Program-made: the position numbers and the translations under genes | DNA from: a virus | Strand: one strand, 5' to 3' | UHGV virus genome: UHGV-0116877 | Length of the DNA stretch: 64,000 nucleotides | Shown: positions 46,129-57,546 of the stretch, piece by piece | How the letters are laid out: the number at the start of each line of letters is the position of its first letter | Position numbering within the stretch: position 1 is the first letter of the stretch | Notes under the pieces: model-generated | What the model was told of the DNA's origin: nothing | Database searches by the model: none | What the model saw: the letters and a program-made list of their open reading frames with translations, nothing else

Positions 46129-46344
46129 ATGGCTTTAGGCTCATTCGACTTACCCACTGGTGCGGTTATTATTCGTAAAAGTAGTTATCTTGAGTTCCCA
46201 ACTATTGGGAACTCAAGTAACCTATATATTGACACTACTAACCAAGTAATTTACCGCTGGGATAGTACTGATTTGAAATATTACAAAGATAGTCAAGACT
46301 ATAATGATATTAGTCTTATAAATGGAGGGAACGCAAATGGCTGA
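46129..46344 (+). CDS. small tail-fibre-associated protein
   Basis: FPTIG...LYIDT...YRWD motif. Confidence 0.7.
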   Translation: MALGSFDLPTGAVIIRKSSYLEFPTIGNSSNLYIDTTNQVIYRWDSTDLKYYKDSQDYNDISLINGGNANG

Positions 46345-48154
46345 AATTACACTTAATACAAGATTAGTATTAAGAAATGACACTTCTGCCAACTGGGGAA
46401 CTAATGGTACTAAAGTTCTTTTAAAAGGCGAACCAATTATTGTTTGGGATGGGACTACTCCTAAAATAAAAATTGGTGACGGCACTCAAACAGTTGCAGA
46501 TTTACCTTGGGCATTTATCAATAGTTCTGATGCGCAAAGTTTAATTACAACAGAAATTGGGAAGCTTGGTTGGGTTAAAAATGTTACTATCACTGGTGAT
46601 GGTAATGGATTAGCAACTGCAACTTACTCTGGTGGAATATTAACTATAACTAAAGGGAATTTCTTAACTGCTCACCAAGATATTAGTGGTAAAGTTGATA
46701 AAATTAACACAACTGCTAAAGGAAGCGGCTTTTATAAATTTGCTTATAATGCTCAAGGGCAAGTTACTTCTAGTACACCTGTAACAAAATCAGATATTAC
46801 TAGCTTAGGAATTCCCGCACAGGATACTAACACTACCTATATTTTCTCTGGAGCGTCTGTTTCTGGTGGAGCAAATCTTACTTTAACTCCAAGCACTGGT
46901 GATGCTAATAATATTGGTATCCTTGGTTCTGAAGCAACAACAGTATCTTTTGCAGAAGGAAAAATAACAATTTCTTCAACTGATACTAATACAACTTATA
47001 CCTTTGGAGAAGGAAGCACTAATGGAGCTTTTACTGTAACTCCATCAGGCAGTTCATCTCAATCAGTAAAAATTCATGGCTTAAAATCTGCTGCCTATAC
47101 GGAATCATCGGCTTATGCTACGGCGGCTCAAGGTACTCTTGCTACTAACGCAATGCCAAAAGCAGGCGGCACTTTCACCGGCGCGCCAATTTGGGCAACA
47201 GCTCCTACTGCTGATGGCCATTTAGCTAATAAGAAATATGTTGATGATATTATTGCTTCAAAAGTAGCCAGTGTCTTCAAATTTAAAGGAACTAAACCCA
47301 CTTTTGAAGACTTACCTAAAACCGGAAATGTTGAAGGAGATGTATGGCATGTTGAAGTAGACCATACCGAATATGTATGGGCAACTGTTGACGGAGCTTT
47401 AAATCCTTCTTGGGAAGCTCTAGGCGGAACCATTGATTTAACTGGTTATGCTTTAAAAACTGATTTAAAATCACTTACTTTTAAATCAGGAGATGCTACT
47501 GCTGTTTATAGTCCTTTGACTGAGAAAGAGTTTACTTTTACTGCTGGCAATAATATTACTCTTGCTCTTGCTTCTACTGGATTAACTATTTCAGCAACAG
47601 ATACTAAATTAACAAATGTTGCCAATAGTACCGGTAAAGTATTTACTGGAGTATCCAATGGAACTACTATTACTACTACTAATGTAGGTGCTTTAGTATT
47701 AACTGGATTTGCTGCTTCAACTGCTGATACCGGCGCTCTAGCCGCAACAGATACTATTACTAAAGCGTTAAATAAACTTTATAACTTAGCTAATAGTAAG
47801 ACTTCCAATACTGGTACTGTTACTTCTGTTAGTGCTGGTGGAGGATTAACTGGCGGCCCAATTACTACTTCTGGTACAATTAGCCACGCAACTAAACCTT
47901 CTAGTGGTACGGCTCTTGAGGCTGGCACAGGTTCTGGATTAACTTTCTTAACAGAAATTGCTCTTGATGCTTATGGTCACGTAGCTACTGCTAAAAAAGC
48001 GACAGTAACTCTGCCAACTGCTGCTTCTCTCGGAGCATTAACTAGTATTACTGCTGGTGCTGGTATTACTGTAAGTGCAAAGTCTGGCACCACACAAACA
48101 GTTTCGATAAGCACTACTGACACATTTATTCTCGACGGCGGCACCGCTGCTTAA
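46337..48154 (+). CDS. tail fibre protein with Mtd_N/hyaluronidase-N-like anchor
   Basis: LRNDTSANW...LLKGE...KIKIGDG...LP. Confidence 0.8.
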   Translation: MAEITLNTRLVLRNDTSANWGTNGTKVLLKGEPIIVWDGTTPKIKIGDGTQTVADLPWAFINSSDAQSLITTEIGKLGWVKNVTITGDGNGLATATYSGGILTITKGNFLTAHQDISGKVDKINTTAKGSGFYKFAYNAQGQVTSSTPVTKSDITSLGIPAQDTNTTYIFSGASVSGGANLTLTPSTGDANNIGILGSEATTVSFAEGKITISSTDTNTTYTFGEGSTNGAFTVTPSGSSSQSVKIHGLKSAAYTESSAYATAAQGTLATNAMPKAGGTFTGAPIWATAPTADGHLANKKYVDDIIASKVASVFKFKGTKPTFEDLPKTGNVEGDVWHVEVDHTEYVWATVDGALNPSWEALGGTIDLTGYALKTDLKSLTFKSGDATAVYSPLTEKEFTFTAGNNITLALASTGLTISATDTKLTNVANSTGKVFTGVSNGTTITTTNVGALVLTGFAASTADTGALAATDTITKALNKLYNLANSKTSNTGTVTSVSAGGGLTGGPITTSGTISHATKPSSGTALEAGTGSGLTFLTEIALDAYGHVATAKKATVTLPTAASLGALTSITAGAGITVSAKSGTTQTVSISTTDTFILDGGTAA

Positions 48155-48275
48155 TTGAAAATAACAAGAAGTAAGGCTTACCTTAATAGGTAAGTCTTAT
48201 TTACTAAAAAAATAAAGAATAATCTCTCTAATATCACTTATTTTATAGAGTAATAGCGTAAAAGGAGGTTAGTTA

Positions 48276-50288
48276 ATGGCAGAGATTTCTCTCAACACGA
48301 CTATTCTTCTCCGCCGAGATAGCGCGGCTGATTGGAGTACCCATAATCCCGTGCTCAAGGATGGAGAAATTGTATACGATTCAACTAATAAAAGAGTTAA
48401 GATAGGGGATGGAACAAATGCTTGGAGTAATTTAGGCTATGCTTTCCCTAATATAGATTTATATAAAGACAGCGGAATAGAAGGAACATCTAATTTTTAT
48501 ATTAAAAGTGATTCTTCTAAAGTGTATTTTAATGGTTCTTATTTATATCCAGATAAAAATACCTATCATTTGGGTTCACCTGATTATAAATGGGGTAAAG
48601 TTTATTCAGAAGAAGTCAATACTGGAAATATTCAGACAACTGGGAAACTTTTTACTAACGAATCTTCTTTTTCTATTGAAGTAAGCAGCAGTGGTGCTGG
48701 TTTAACTATTGATAATGATAATATATTGCCTAATAGAAATGGAACTAGTTCTATACAAGGTATCTCTCTTGGCTCATTGGATAAGAGATTTAATACAGGA
48801 TATTTTAATGAACTCAATTTAAAAGCAGTATCAGAAAACTATTATGTTACTATTTCTCAAATGTACAATAGTCCTTCTGACCACGGATTACAAGTTAAAG
48901 GAAGTTATAGTTCTTCTAATGCTTTGCAAATTTGCCCTGATTCTGGTTGGATTGGTAAAAACTATGGTTCTTCTGGTTCTATTTATTTTAAAACCACTGG
49001 TATTGGCTTAGGTTCTAATTATTCAGGTTGTCAAATAGAGCTTAAATTAGATACTTCTGCTAAAGGAGAAATGTTCCCAAAAGCTAATGGTGGTTATCCA
49101 AATCAATTTGCTATTGGAAAAAGAGAGTATCCATTTTCTTCAGGCCATATTAGTAATCTTATATTAAATCCAAATGGAATAAGCGAAGAATCTGAAATTT
49201 CTTATAATGTTTCTAATATAATAAATGTAGATTCTCTTATTTATTTAAAAAGGTTAAAATCCTTTAAAATTACCGGAATAGATACTACTAATAAAACTTT
49301 CACTTTAGATAGCGTAACAGGCTTAGAAGTTGGTGATGTATATTCTACTGCAGATACAGGAACTTTATATAATAATTATGGGACAATAACAGCAATAAAT
49401 GGGAATGTTGTCACTGTAAGCGCAATTCCATCCATATCTTATTATGCAGCAGAGCCTGCTATAGATCATATGAGCTTTAGAATTAGGTCAAAACCAGATG
49501 TTGGAAGTAAATATTTAACCGGATTTACTGAAGTTGCAAATAATAACTTGCTCATGATAGAAGATGTTAAATTATCTAATTTTAATTCTTCAGAAGGTCA
49601 AAATATTCTTAACAGAAATAACGCTTTTGCTTTTGGAAAAGGTTTAACTATTCCTGTTACTTATTCAAGTACCTCTAGCCCCTTCTTTAAAATAGGGAAA
49701 TATGATAATGATAACTATGGAAGCTATCCTTTTTTAATAGGATGGGGCACTAGCGATACAGATAGAAAAAATATATTTTATATAACTTCTTCTGGTGGTG
49801 TTTATGCAGGAAGTATATATCCAAATAGCTCAGCAAGCTCTATAAATAATCTTGGTACAAGTGGAAGTCAATGGGATAATGGATATATCAATACCGTTTA
49901 TCTAAACAACAGTTGGGCAACTTTACCAACTTCAACAGACCAGCACGCTCTAGGATATAAAAATTATGGAACTACTTCTGTTGGTGATATTGATGCTATT
50001 ACTACGCCTGGTCTATACACTTTAAGGACAGGAATAACAGGCGGCCCTTATTGTAGTAATACTGGTTCCGGCGGTTCTGTCGCATCTAGTTTTTTTACCG
50101 TCCTTTGTATGGCTACAGATAATGGTTCTGGTTTTAGGCCAATGATTGGAATAAAAGAAAGCGACAATAATCTTTATGTAAAAGGTTCTACGGCTGGTTC
50201 TTGGAAGCGTATTGGTTGGGGTTATGGCACATCCGCACCATCTGGAACCGCAAATACTGGAGATATCTATATCCAGTATGAAGCCTAA
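48276..50288 (+). CDS. tail fibre/spike protein with Mtd_N-like anchor
   Basis: LRRDSAADW..NPVLKDGE...KIGDG..W..L. Confidence 0.8.
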   Translation: MAEISLNTTILLRRDSAADWSTHNPVLKDGEIVYDSTNKRVKIGDGTNAWSNLGYAFPNIDLYKDSGIEGTSNFYIKSDSSKVYFNGSYLYPDKNTYHLGSPDYKWGKVYSEEVNTGNIQTTGKLFTNESSFSIEVSSSGAGLTIDNDNILPNRNGTSSIQGISLGSLDKRFNTGYFNELNLKAVSENYYVTISQMYNSPSDHGLQVKGSYSSSNALQICPDSGWIGKNYGSSGSIYFKTTGIGLGSNYSGCQIELKLDTSAKGEMFPKANGGYPNQFAIGKREYPFSSGHISNLILNPNGISEESEISYNVSNIINVDSLIYLKRLKSFKITGIDTTNKTFTLDSVTGLEVGDVYSTADTGTLYNNYGTITAINGNVVTVSAIPSISYYAAEPAIDHMSFRIRSKPDVGSKYLTGFTEVANNNLLMIEDVKLSNFNSSEGQNILNRNNAFAFGKGLTIPVTYSSTSSPFFKIGKYDNDNYGSYPFLIGWGTSDTDRKNIFYITSSGGVYAGSIYPNSSASSINNLGTSGSQWDNGYINTVYLNNSWATLPTSTDQHALGYKNYGTTSVGDIDAITTPGLYTLRTGITGGPYCSNTGSGGSVASSFFTVLCMATDNGSGFRPMIGIKESDNNLYVKGSTAGSWKRIGWGYGTSAPSGTANTGDIYIQYEA

Positions 50289-50302
50289 GGTGGTGATAAG
50301 TA

Positions 50303-51502
50303 ATGGCTAATGTTAATTTAACATTAGGAGGCTCTGGTACTTATACAATAAGCGGTAATAGCGTCCAAGCTGGTAGTGCTCAGAAAATAGATTTTGTTTG
50401 TTCTTATTCTACTTCTGGTGTTTTAACTATAAAAATGCAAATTAGACCAGGAAGTTATAACTTTTCTACCAGTGATGCTGTCGCGGCAGTAAACTATGGC
50501 GGTAGTAAAACTTATTTTAAAAACCATGCGTCCTTCTCTGCTGGTAAAAATGTAACTGCTGTTGTTGGAAGTACAACTAGAACAATGACTTCTGCTGGTA
50601 CTTATACTGTCTATTACGATTTAGATATGTATTCTGGTGGTTGGGGACCTACTCCTAATGGTGGTTGGTATAATAAAAGTTTTACTGTTTATATTCCTGG
50701 TTCTTATACTGTTCCCGGAGCTGGGACTACTAGTTGTAGTATGAGTAGCGGTACTTTTACAATTACTTGGTCAGGATTTACTAATGGTACTAATAATGCT
50801 ATTACTACTTATGAACTTTGGTATCAAGAAAGTACAAATAATTCAACCTGGAGTGATAGGGTAAGAGTACCTGGATATACAAATAGATTAAGCCCAAGGT
50901 CTTTTACTACAACTTTTGGAACGGTTGGTCGATATTACCGATTTTGCGCTGTTGCTTTAGGCACAGTAAGTGGAACTTATTCTAGCACTAGTGCTTGGGG
51001 AAATAGTGTTCAGAAAACCGCAGGAAAGTTAGCAACACCAACTTGGAAAGCAGGTATGGATGGAAGTGTGGTATTTGGAAGATATTCTGGTTCAGATAAT
51101 TGGAGCCATACTTTAAGTTGGAATTCAGTTTCCAGTGCAACAAGTAATACTTTATCATCATATAACGTACAAGCAAAATATCCAGATGGAACTTGGTATG
51201 ATAAGTATAACGGAGAAGCTACTTCTGCTACCTTTGCTTGGGATGGATATGCTGACGAATTATGCCCAGTAAAACTAAGAATACAAGCGAGAGGAAGTGC
51301 GGGGAGTTCTTATTATTCTAATTACAGTTCAGAAATAACTGTTTATGTTATGAATAGAGATGTTAGTATTTTTACTGGTTCAAAATGGAGGACTGGAAAA
51401 ATATGGATATATACTTCTTCTGGATGGAAATTATCTAAAACAACTTATTTATATAATGGAAGTGTCTGGAAGAAAGGCAAAGCTTTAACTTATAACACTT
51501 AA
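50303..51502 (+). CDS. Fn3/Ig-like repeat virion protein
   Basis: TITWS...YELWY...YRF pattern; paralog of the N-terminus of the next gene. Confidence 0.7.
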   Translation: MANVNLTLGGSGTYTISGNSVQAGSAQKIDFVCSYSTSGVLTIKMQIRPGSYNFSTSDAVAAVNYGGSKTYFKNHASFSAGKNVTAVVGSTTRTMTSAGTYTVYYDLDMYSGGWGPTPNGGWYNKSFTVYIPGSYTVPGAGTTSCSMSSGTFTITWSGFTNGTNNAITTYELWYQESTNNSTWSDRVRVPGYTNRLSPRSFTTTFGTVGRYYRFCAVALGTVSGTYSSTSAWGNSVQKTAGKLATPTWKAGMDGSVVFGRYSGSDNWSHTLSWNSVSSATSNTLSSYNVQAKYPDGTWYDKYNGEATSATFAWDGYADELCPVKLRIQARGSAGSSYYSNYSSEITVYVMNRDVSIFTGSKWRTGKIWIYTSSGWKLSKTTYLYNGSVWKKGKALTYNT

Positions 51503-51597
51503 ACTACTTTATTCTAAAACTTAGATAGTAAACACTTAAAAAACACTTATTCATTAGGATAGGTGTTTTTATTTTAGAGAAAAAGGAGGTCGATAGG

Positions 51598-54500
51598 ATG
51601 GCTGACGTGAATCTGTCTGTTGGCAGTAGTAATGTTGATAAAAGTTATAGTGGAGTTCATACAAATCAAGTTATTCACTTTTATTGTTCATATAATTCCT
51701 CTGGTACTGTTACTATTAGATGTAATGTTTCTGTAACAGGTTACGACTTTAGTACTAGTCAAGGAGCAGGATATATAACAATAGATGGTAGTACAACTAC
51801 CAGAAGTTCTAGTGCTTACAATGTTAATAAAAATAGTAATAAAGATTTTCTTACTGCTACAAAATCAATAACAACAGCTAAAACATTTACAGTAACAGCA
51901 AAAGTAGATGCTTACGCTGGAGGCTTTGGGCCTGTTCCATCTGGAGGTAGAACTTTCTCCTTTACTGTCTCTGTTCCTGGTGTAACTTATGCTTGTAAAG
52001 CACCAACCGACTTATGGGTTAGTTCCTATTATGTCAATCCAGGAGGGAATGTTACTGTATCTTGGAGTGGCGCGAGTGGGGGACAGAATAATGCAATCTC
52101 AAGATATTGGCTAGAATGGGGTTACAGCGATGGAGGATGGGATTACGGAACTAACTCTTATACAAGTTCTGGCTCAAGTAGCGTATCTATAACCGTACCA
52201 TCTGGAGAAGGTAAATACCTAGATTTCCAAGTTAGAACAGAAGGTGCTGCTGGGTCTAACTATTATTCTGGATATTATAGAGAAGATGATTTAGTTAGAA
52301 TTAGGTCAAGACCAACTATGAGTGCCTGTTCAGCATCTCAAAGTTTGGGAACATATACAATAACATGGTCTGCTGCTACTGATGGTGTAGATAATGCTGT
52401 TAGTAAATATGAAATTTGGTATTCATATAAAACTAGCAGTTCTGGTTCTTGGAGTGGTCGTACTCGTATCGCTAATGTTAGTTCTTCTACTAGAAGCTAT
52501 ACTTGGTCTGGCGGCACAGTAGGATATTATTATAGATTTTCAGTTGTTGCTCTTGGAACTAATTATATGTACTCTGCAACTACTGATACTTGGAGTGCAG
52601 GCTATAAAAAAGATTATTCTTATACTGCTTGCGGCGCACCGAGTAACTTAAAATCAAATAATACAAATCCAACTATTGGACAAACTATTACTTTGACCTG
52701 GACAGCCGGTACTGCCGGAACTAACAACTCAGTAACTGGATATGAGCTTTATTATTCTACAAATCAAGGCTCTACTTATAATTTAATAAATTCATCAATA
52801 ACAGGAACTTCTTATAGTTATACAGTACCTAGAACACCAGGAGATATTAGATTTAGAATAAGAACCAAAGGTTTCGCGGGAACAAGTTATTATTCTTCAT
52901 ATAACTATTCTTCTAGTTATCAAACTATTACTATTAAGCAAGCTAATCCTCCAACTGCTGGAACAGTAACAGCAACACTAATAGATTCTGGAAATAGTGG
53001 TGGTAAAGCATTTAGTATTAGTTGGGCTGGATTTGCTGAAAATACTTATAATCCAATTAGTGGATATGCTTTATATTATAAATCGTCAAAAACTATTGAT
53101 GATAGCGATTTCAGTTCTAGTATGACTGCTATAAGTTCTAATTTAAGTTCTTCCACTACTAGTTATACTTGGTCTGGTGGTAACTGGAATTATTACTATA
53201 AATTCTATGTAAAAGCTAAAGGGCAGTATTATGGTGAATCTCCATATGCTGAAAGCACCGCAATTTTAAAAGAAACTGATGAATCTACTCCTCCAACTGA
53301 TATACTCTATAAAGGTAGTGGATATATTGAATATAGAGGAGAAAATTATGCAATACCAGGATTAAGAATTGAAGCTATGCCTATTGGTGCTTCTAATGCA
53401 AACTATTACACTGTTGAATATAGAGAAGTAAAAGAAAATGGCACAGCAACAAGTTGGAAAGTAATAGCAAATGACTTATCTTTAAATAAATATACTTATC
53501 CTGTTACAGTTTCAAAGAGTTTGGTAAATGGAGATTATGTTGAATTTAGAGCCAAATCAAAAAATATAGCCGGAGAATATAGTGAATACTTCCCTTCTGA
53601 TGATAAGCTTTATGATTATAGAATACCAATTAAAAGATTCAAAAGAGAAAATGAACTTCATCCCAGAGTTCAAATAAAAAGAGCGCATACGGATGTTTGG
53701 ACAAGAGAAAGCACTGACTCAGAGGGTATTAGAATTTTTGATGGCGAGCTTGCTTATGATACGGAAAAAAGAGTTTTGAAGATAGGAAATTATACAGATA
53801 ATACTCCTAGAAAGTTTACCGAACTTTCTAATATGTTTGGATTATTAGAAGTTGGAACAGATAACCGAGTAACAGCAATGAATTCTGCCGCAGTTGGTAT
53901 TGGTAATATTTGTGAGGAAAGAAAAGGTTACGCTATTCTTGGAGTAACTAATGGTACAACAGTTACTTTATCAACTGTTGAAGGATTAAGTGTTGGTATG
54001 GCACTTAAATATTCTTATACGAATTCTACTTATAATGTCACAATAACAGGAATAAATAGTACCAATTCAACAATAACAACAAACGCGAGTGTAAGTTATT
54101 ACGATTATGGAATTCACAATTCTTCTCATGGTGCGATGTGGGTAGAATCTGACCCATCAAGAGGAGATACGATTATTGATACTTTTTCTGGATTATTAGT
54201 TGGTTCAAATAACTCTAATATGGGAATGAGAAATTTTATATCAGGTAATTCAAATAGTATTGCAAAACCTTATTCTAGTCAATCGTATGACAACATTATT
54301 GTTGGTGGAAATAATACAGTAAGTAATTATATGTATGGTAGCGCGGTTTTTGGATATAATAACAAGATAACTTATTGTTCTTATTCTTTAATTAGCGGTT
54401 CTAATAATACTATTACTAGCGGGTCTTATAATTTAATATCTGGTTCTAATAATACTAGCGGTGGTAGTTATAATTTAATTGGATACTATCTAACTGGCGG

Positions 54501-55767
54501 CGGCGCTGGCCACGGTTTAACTATTGGTAAATATAATACCACTGTATCTGATTCCTTATTCGTAGTTGGAAACGGAACTAGTACATCTGCAAAAAAGAAT
54601 GCTTTTTATATTACTACTTCTACTTTAGAATCAAATGTAACTTCTAATTTTAGAACTACGACTAATTTCTATTCAACTGTTTATCATAGAGAAGGTAATT
54701 ATACTTATTATTATAATTCTAGTAATAGTAGTTGTGGAAGCATTTCTGGAAGGACAGTTGATTCTAAGTCAACAATGTATTTTAGTAGCACTAATTTTTA
54801 TTTTGATGATGATACTAGAATTGCAAATTCTTTAATGGTATCTTCTTCATCTCAAGAAAACACCATTGGAACAAATACTTGTTTCATCTCAGGATTTAAC
54901 AATACTATGTCAGGAGATTGTCAAACGAATGCAATTATAGGAAGAGATAATACGACTAACAATCACTGGCAATGGATTTTTGGATATAATAATAATGCAA
55001 AAGCACAACTTCAAAATTTAATAGGAACAGATTTAACTGGACATAGTACTTTTCAAAGACAAGTTGTAGTGGGTCAAAGCAACAGAGCTGCTGAAGGTTA
55101 CTTTGTTGTTGGTGGCGGTTCTACTAGAAATGCGTTTAGAGTTCAAGGTACAACTTGCTATTCTTATTCTGGAGTTAATTCTTCTGGAGCAGACTACGCA
55201 GAATATTTTGAATGGGAAGATGGAAATCCAAATAATGAAGATAGAGTCGGTTATTTTGTTACTCATGTTGGTGAGAAAATAGCAATAGCTAATGAAAATG
55301 ACTTTATTATTGGAGTAGTTTCAGCTACACCAGCGGTTATAGGTAATAACCCAGAAGAATGGAATAATAGATTTTTAAAAGATATTTATGGAAGAATTAA
55401 ATATGAGAAAAAATTAATTCCTGCTAAATATGTTGACAATTTAGAAAAAACAGATAAAGTAGACGAAAATGGAAAATCTATAATGGAAAATAAAATGATT
55501 TTACTAGAAGAAGAACATTATGAGGATGTTCCAGTATTAAATCCAGATTTCGATGAAGAACAAAACTATATTGAACGAGATAAAAGAAAAGAATGGGAAT
55601 GTGTAGGACTTATGGGTAAACTAATAGTAAACGATGATGGAACTTGTATCCCTAGTGGTTTCTGTAAATGCAATAATGAAGGAAAGGCGACTTCTTCTTT
55701 AAATCCTACTAGATATAGAGTATTAAAAAGATTAGACGAATCTCATATTAAAATTCTTATTCTTTAA
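51598..55767 (+). CDS. large tail fibre/spike: Fn3 repeats, beta-helix-like repeats, C-terminal peptidase G2/IMC chaperone
   Basis: GADYAEYFEW.DGN...R..R.EW..VGLMGKL.V.DDG; SG.NN repeats. Confidence 0.85.
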   Translation: MADVNLSVGSSNVDKSYSGVHTNQVIHFYCSYNSSGTVTIRCNVSVTGYDFSTSQGAGYITIDGSTTTRSSSAYNVNKNSNKDFLTATKSITTAKTFTVTAKVDAYAGGFGPVPSGGRTFSFTVSVPGVTYACKAPTDLWVSSYYVNPGGNVTVSWSGASGGQNNAISRYWLEWGYSDGGWDYGTNSYTSSGSSSVSITVPSGEGKYLDFQVRTEGAAGSNYYSGYYREDDLVRIRSRPTMSACSASQSLGTYTITWSAATDGVDNAVSKYEIWYSYKTSSSGSWSGRTRIANVSSSTRSYTWSGGTVGYYYRFSVVALGTNYMYSATTDTWSAGYKKDYSYTACGAPSNLKSNNTNPTIGQTITLTWTAGTAGTNNSVTGYELYYSTNQGSTYNLINSSITGTSYSYTVPRTPGDIRFRIRTKGFAGTSYYSSYNYSSSYQTITIKQANPPTAGTVTATLIDSGNSGGKAFSISWAGFAENTYNPISGYALYYKSSKTIDDSDFSSSMTAISSNLSSSTTSYTWSGGNWNYYYKFYVKAKGQYYGESPYAESTAILKETDESTPPTDILYKGSGYIEYRGENYAIPGLRIEAMPIGASNANYYTVEYREVKENGTATSWKVIANDLSLNKYTYPVTVSKSLVNGDYVEFRAKSKNIAGEYSEYFPSDDKLYDYRIPIKRFKRENELHPRVQIKRAHTDVWTRESTDSEGIRIFDGELAYDTEKRVLKIGNYTDNTPRKFTELSNMFGLLEVGTDNRVTAMNSAAVGIGNICEERKGYAILGVTNGTTVTLSTVEGLSVGMALKYSYTNSTYNVTITGINSTNSTITTNASVSYYDYGIHNSSHGAMWVESDPSRGDTIIDTFSGLLVGSNNSNMGMRNFISGNSNSIAKPYSSQSYDNIIVGGNNTVSNYMYGSAVFGYNNKITYCSYSLISGSNNTITSGSYNLISGSNNTSGGSYNLIGYYLTGGGAGHGLTIGKYNTTVSDSLFVVGNGTSTSAKKNAFYITTSTLESNVTSNFRTTTNFYSTVYHREGNYTYYYNSSNSSCGSISGRTVDSKSTMYFSSTNFYFDDDTRIANSLMVSSSSQENTIGTNTCFISGFNNTMSGDCQTNAIIGRDNTTNNHWQWIFGYNNNAKAQLQNLIGTDLTGHSTFQRQVVVGQSNRAAEGYFVVGGGSTRNAFRVQGTTCYSYSGVNSSGADYAEYFEWEDGNPNNEDRVGYFVTHVGEKIAIANENDFIIGVVSATPAVIGNNPEEWNNRFLKDIYGRIKYEKKLIPAKYVDNLEKTDKVDENGKSIMENKMILLEEEHYEDVPVLNPDFDEEQNYIERDKRKEWECVGLMGKLIVNDDGTCIPSGFCKCNNEGKATSSLNPTRYRVLKRLDESHIKILIL

Positions 55768-55855
55768 TTCTTATTTTATTATATCATAACTTTAAAAAAT
55801 TCACAAGTAATTGGAGAATAAAATCCAATTACTTGTGATTAAAGGAGGAAATATT

Positions 55856-55951
55856 ATGTGCGAAGAAATTGACATCATCAATAGTGAAGATGGTTTCATT
55901 GACGAGCCAGACCAAATGGGTGAATTAAGCGAAGAAGATAAGGAGGAATAA
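55856..55951 (+). CDS. 31-aa acidic peptide upstream of endolysin
   Basis: AAGGAGG RBS; MCEEIDIINSEDGFIDEPDQMGELSEEDKEE. Confidence 0.55.
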   Translation: MCEEIDIINSEDGFIDEPDQMGELSEEDKEE

Positions 55952-55953
55952 TT

Positions 55954-57546
55954 ATGGCAAATGGTTCATTAAGAATTTGTTTAGACCCAGGCCATTCTAT
56001 TAACTATAATCGAGGAATAATACCTGGTTATTTTGAAAGTAATATGAACTGGAATCTTGCAAATTATTTAAAAGAAGAATTATTAAAATATAAAAATACA
56101 GAAGTATTTATCACTAAGAGTAGACTTGATAGTAATCCCGACCTAGAAAGTAGAGGTCGTTATGCTATCCAAAATAATTGTGAAGTATTTTATTCTATTC
56201 ATAGTAATGCCGCTTCTGCCGCAGCCTGCGGAGTAAGTGTATTCCGCTCAGTAAAAAGACCAGATAGTGTAAAATTAGGCCAACTACTTGGTCAAAAAGA
56301 TGTAGATATTATGAAGAAAGATACTGGAATTACTTATCTAAGACAAAATGGTAATAGCACTCGTCTTTATCCTAATACTACAAATACTGATTACTATGGA
56401 GTTATTCGTGCTTCAGTAAGAAGCGATGTTGTTAAATATAGCTATATCATTGAACACGGTTTTCATACTAATCCTACTGAATGTACTTGGCTAATGGATG
56501 ATAGTCATATTAGAGAATTAGCTAAAGGAGAAGCAGATGTCTTAGCTAGTTATTTTGGGTTACAATTAAAAGACGGCTCAATCCCTACTCCAGAACCAAC
56601 TCCTTCTGGAGAAATTAAAGTTGGAGATATTATTGATTTCGCTGGTGGCGGAGTTTATAGTAGTGCTAATGCAAGCACTCCAGCATATAATATTGATGCC
56701 GGAAAATATCTTGTAACTCAAATATATCAGCTTGGCAAATCAAAACATCCATATTCTTTAAATTCTGCCGATGGAAAAAGAGTCTATGGTTGGGTTGATG
56801 CTGATAAAGTAAGCAAAGAGGGTGCTCCAGCTCCAAACCCTGATACTCCTATTGAAATTGGAGATATTGTTCAATTTGCGGGCGGACCACACTATTCAAA
56901 TGCAAATGCTAGTGAGGCCGCAGGAACTCCGAAAGCTGGTCCTGCAAAAGTAAGTGCAAAAAGTGAAGGTGCAAAACATCCTTACCACATTATTCATACT
57001 GACTCTCAATCTAGCGTATATGGCTGGGTAGACAGCAATAAAATTAGTAAAAATGGCTCTAGTCCTACTCCTGGGCCTGCTCCTGTTGGATGTCCATATC
57101 CTGAGCCAACTCGTCAACTCCACAAAGGCGATAGTGGAGAAGATGTTAAATGGGTACAATGGTATCTCTGTGAAGATGGTTATAATGTAGCCATTGACGG
57201 AAAATTTGGTTCAGATAGTGATAAAAAAGTACGTCAGTTCCAAGGCGACCAAGGCATCAAAGTAGACGGTTGGGTAGGAAATGACACTAAAGCAAGACTT
57301 AAAAATCCTCAAGCTAAGAAAACTAATCCTTATAAAGAACCAACTTCCGATATTCGCAAAGGCGGAAAGGGAGAAGGAGTAAAATGGATTCAATGGGAAT
57401 TGGTTGAAGCTGGATATAATATTGCAGTTGACGGAAGTTTCGGGCCTGCTACTGATAATGCAGTAAGAGATTTCCAAAAGAAAAGTGGTTTAAAAGTTGA
57501 TGGTTGGGTAGGTAAAGATACTAGAGCGAAATTAAAGGCTAATTAG
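55954..57546 (+). CDS. endolysin: N-acetylmuramoyl-L-alanine amidase (Amidase_3) + SH3-like + two PG_binding_1 domains
   Basis: LDPGH, E, SIHSNA, IIEHGFH; G..VKW.Q..L...G...DG.FG repeats. Confidence 0.92.
   Translation: MANGSLRICLDPGHSINYNRGIIPGYFESNMNWNLANYLKEELLKYKNTEVFITKSRLDSNPDLESRGRYAIQNNCEVFYSIHSNAASAAACGVSVFRSVKRPDSVKLGQLLGQKDVDIMKKDTGITYLRQNGNSTRLYPNTTNTDYYGVIRASVRSDVVKYSYIIEHGFHTNPTECTWLMDDSHIRELAKGEADVLASYFGLQLKDGSIPTPEPTPSGEIKVGDIIDFAGGGVYSSANASTPAYNIDAGKYLVTQIYQLGKSKHPYSLNSADGKRVYGWVDADKVSKEGAPAPNPDTPIEIGDIVQFAGGPHYSNANASEAAGTPKAGPAKVSAKSEGAKHPYHIIHTDSQSSVYGWVDSNKISKNGSSPTPGPAPVGCPYPEPTRQLHKGDSGEDVKWVQWYLCEDGYNVAIDGKFGSDSDKKVRQFQGDQGIKVDGWVGNDTKARLKNPQAKKTNPYKEPTSDIRKGGKGEGVKWIQWELVEAGYNIAVDGSFGPATDNAVRDFQKKSGLKVDGWVGKDTRAKLKAN

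Noticed and set aside
46337..55767. Diversity-generating retroelement suggested by Mtd_N-like domains
   Set aside because: No reverse transcriptase and no template/variable repeat pair seen in this window.
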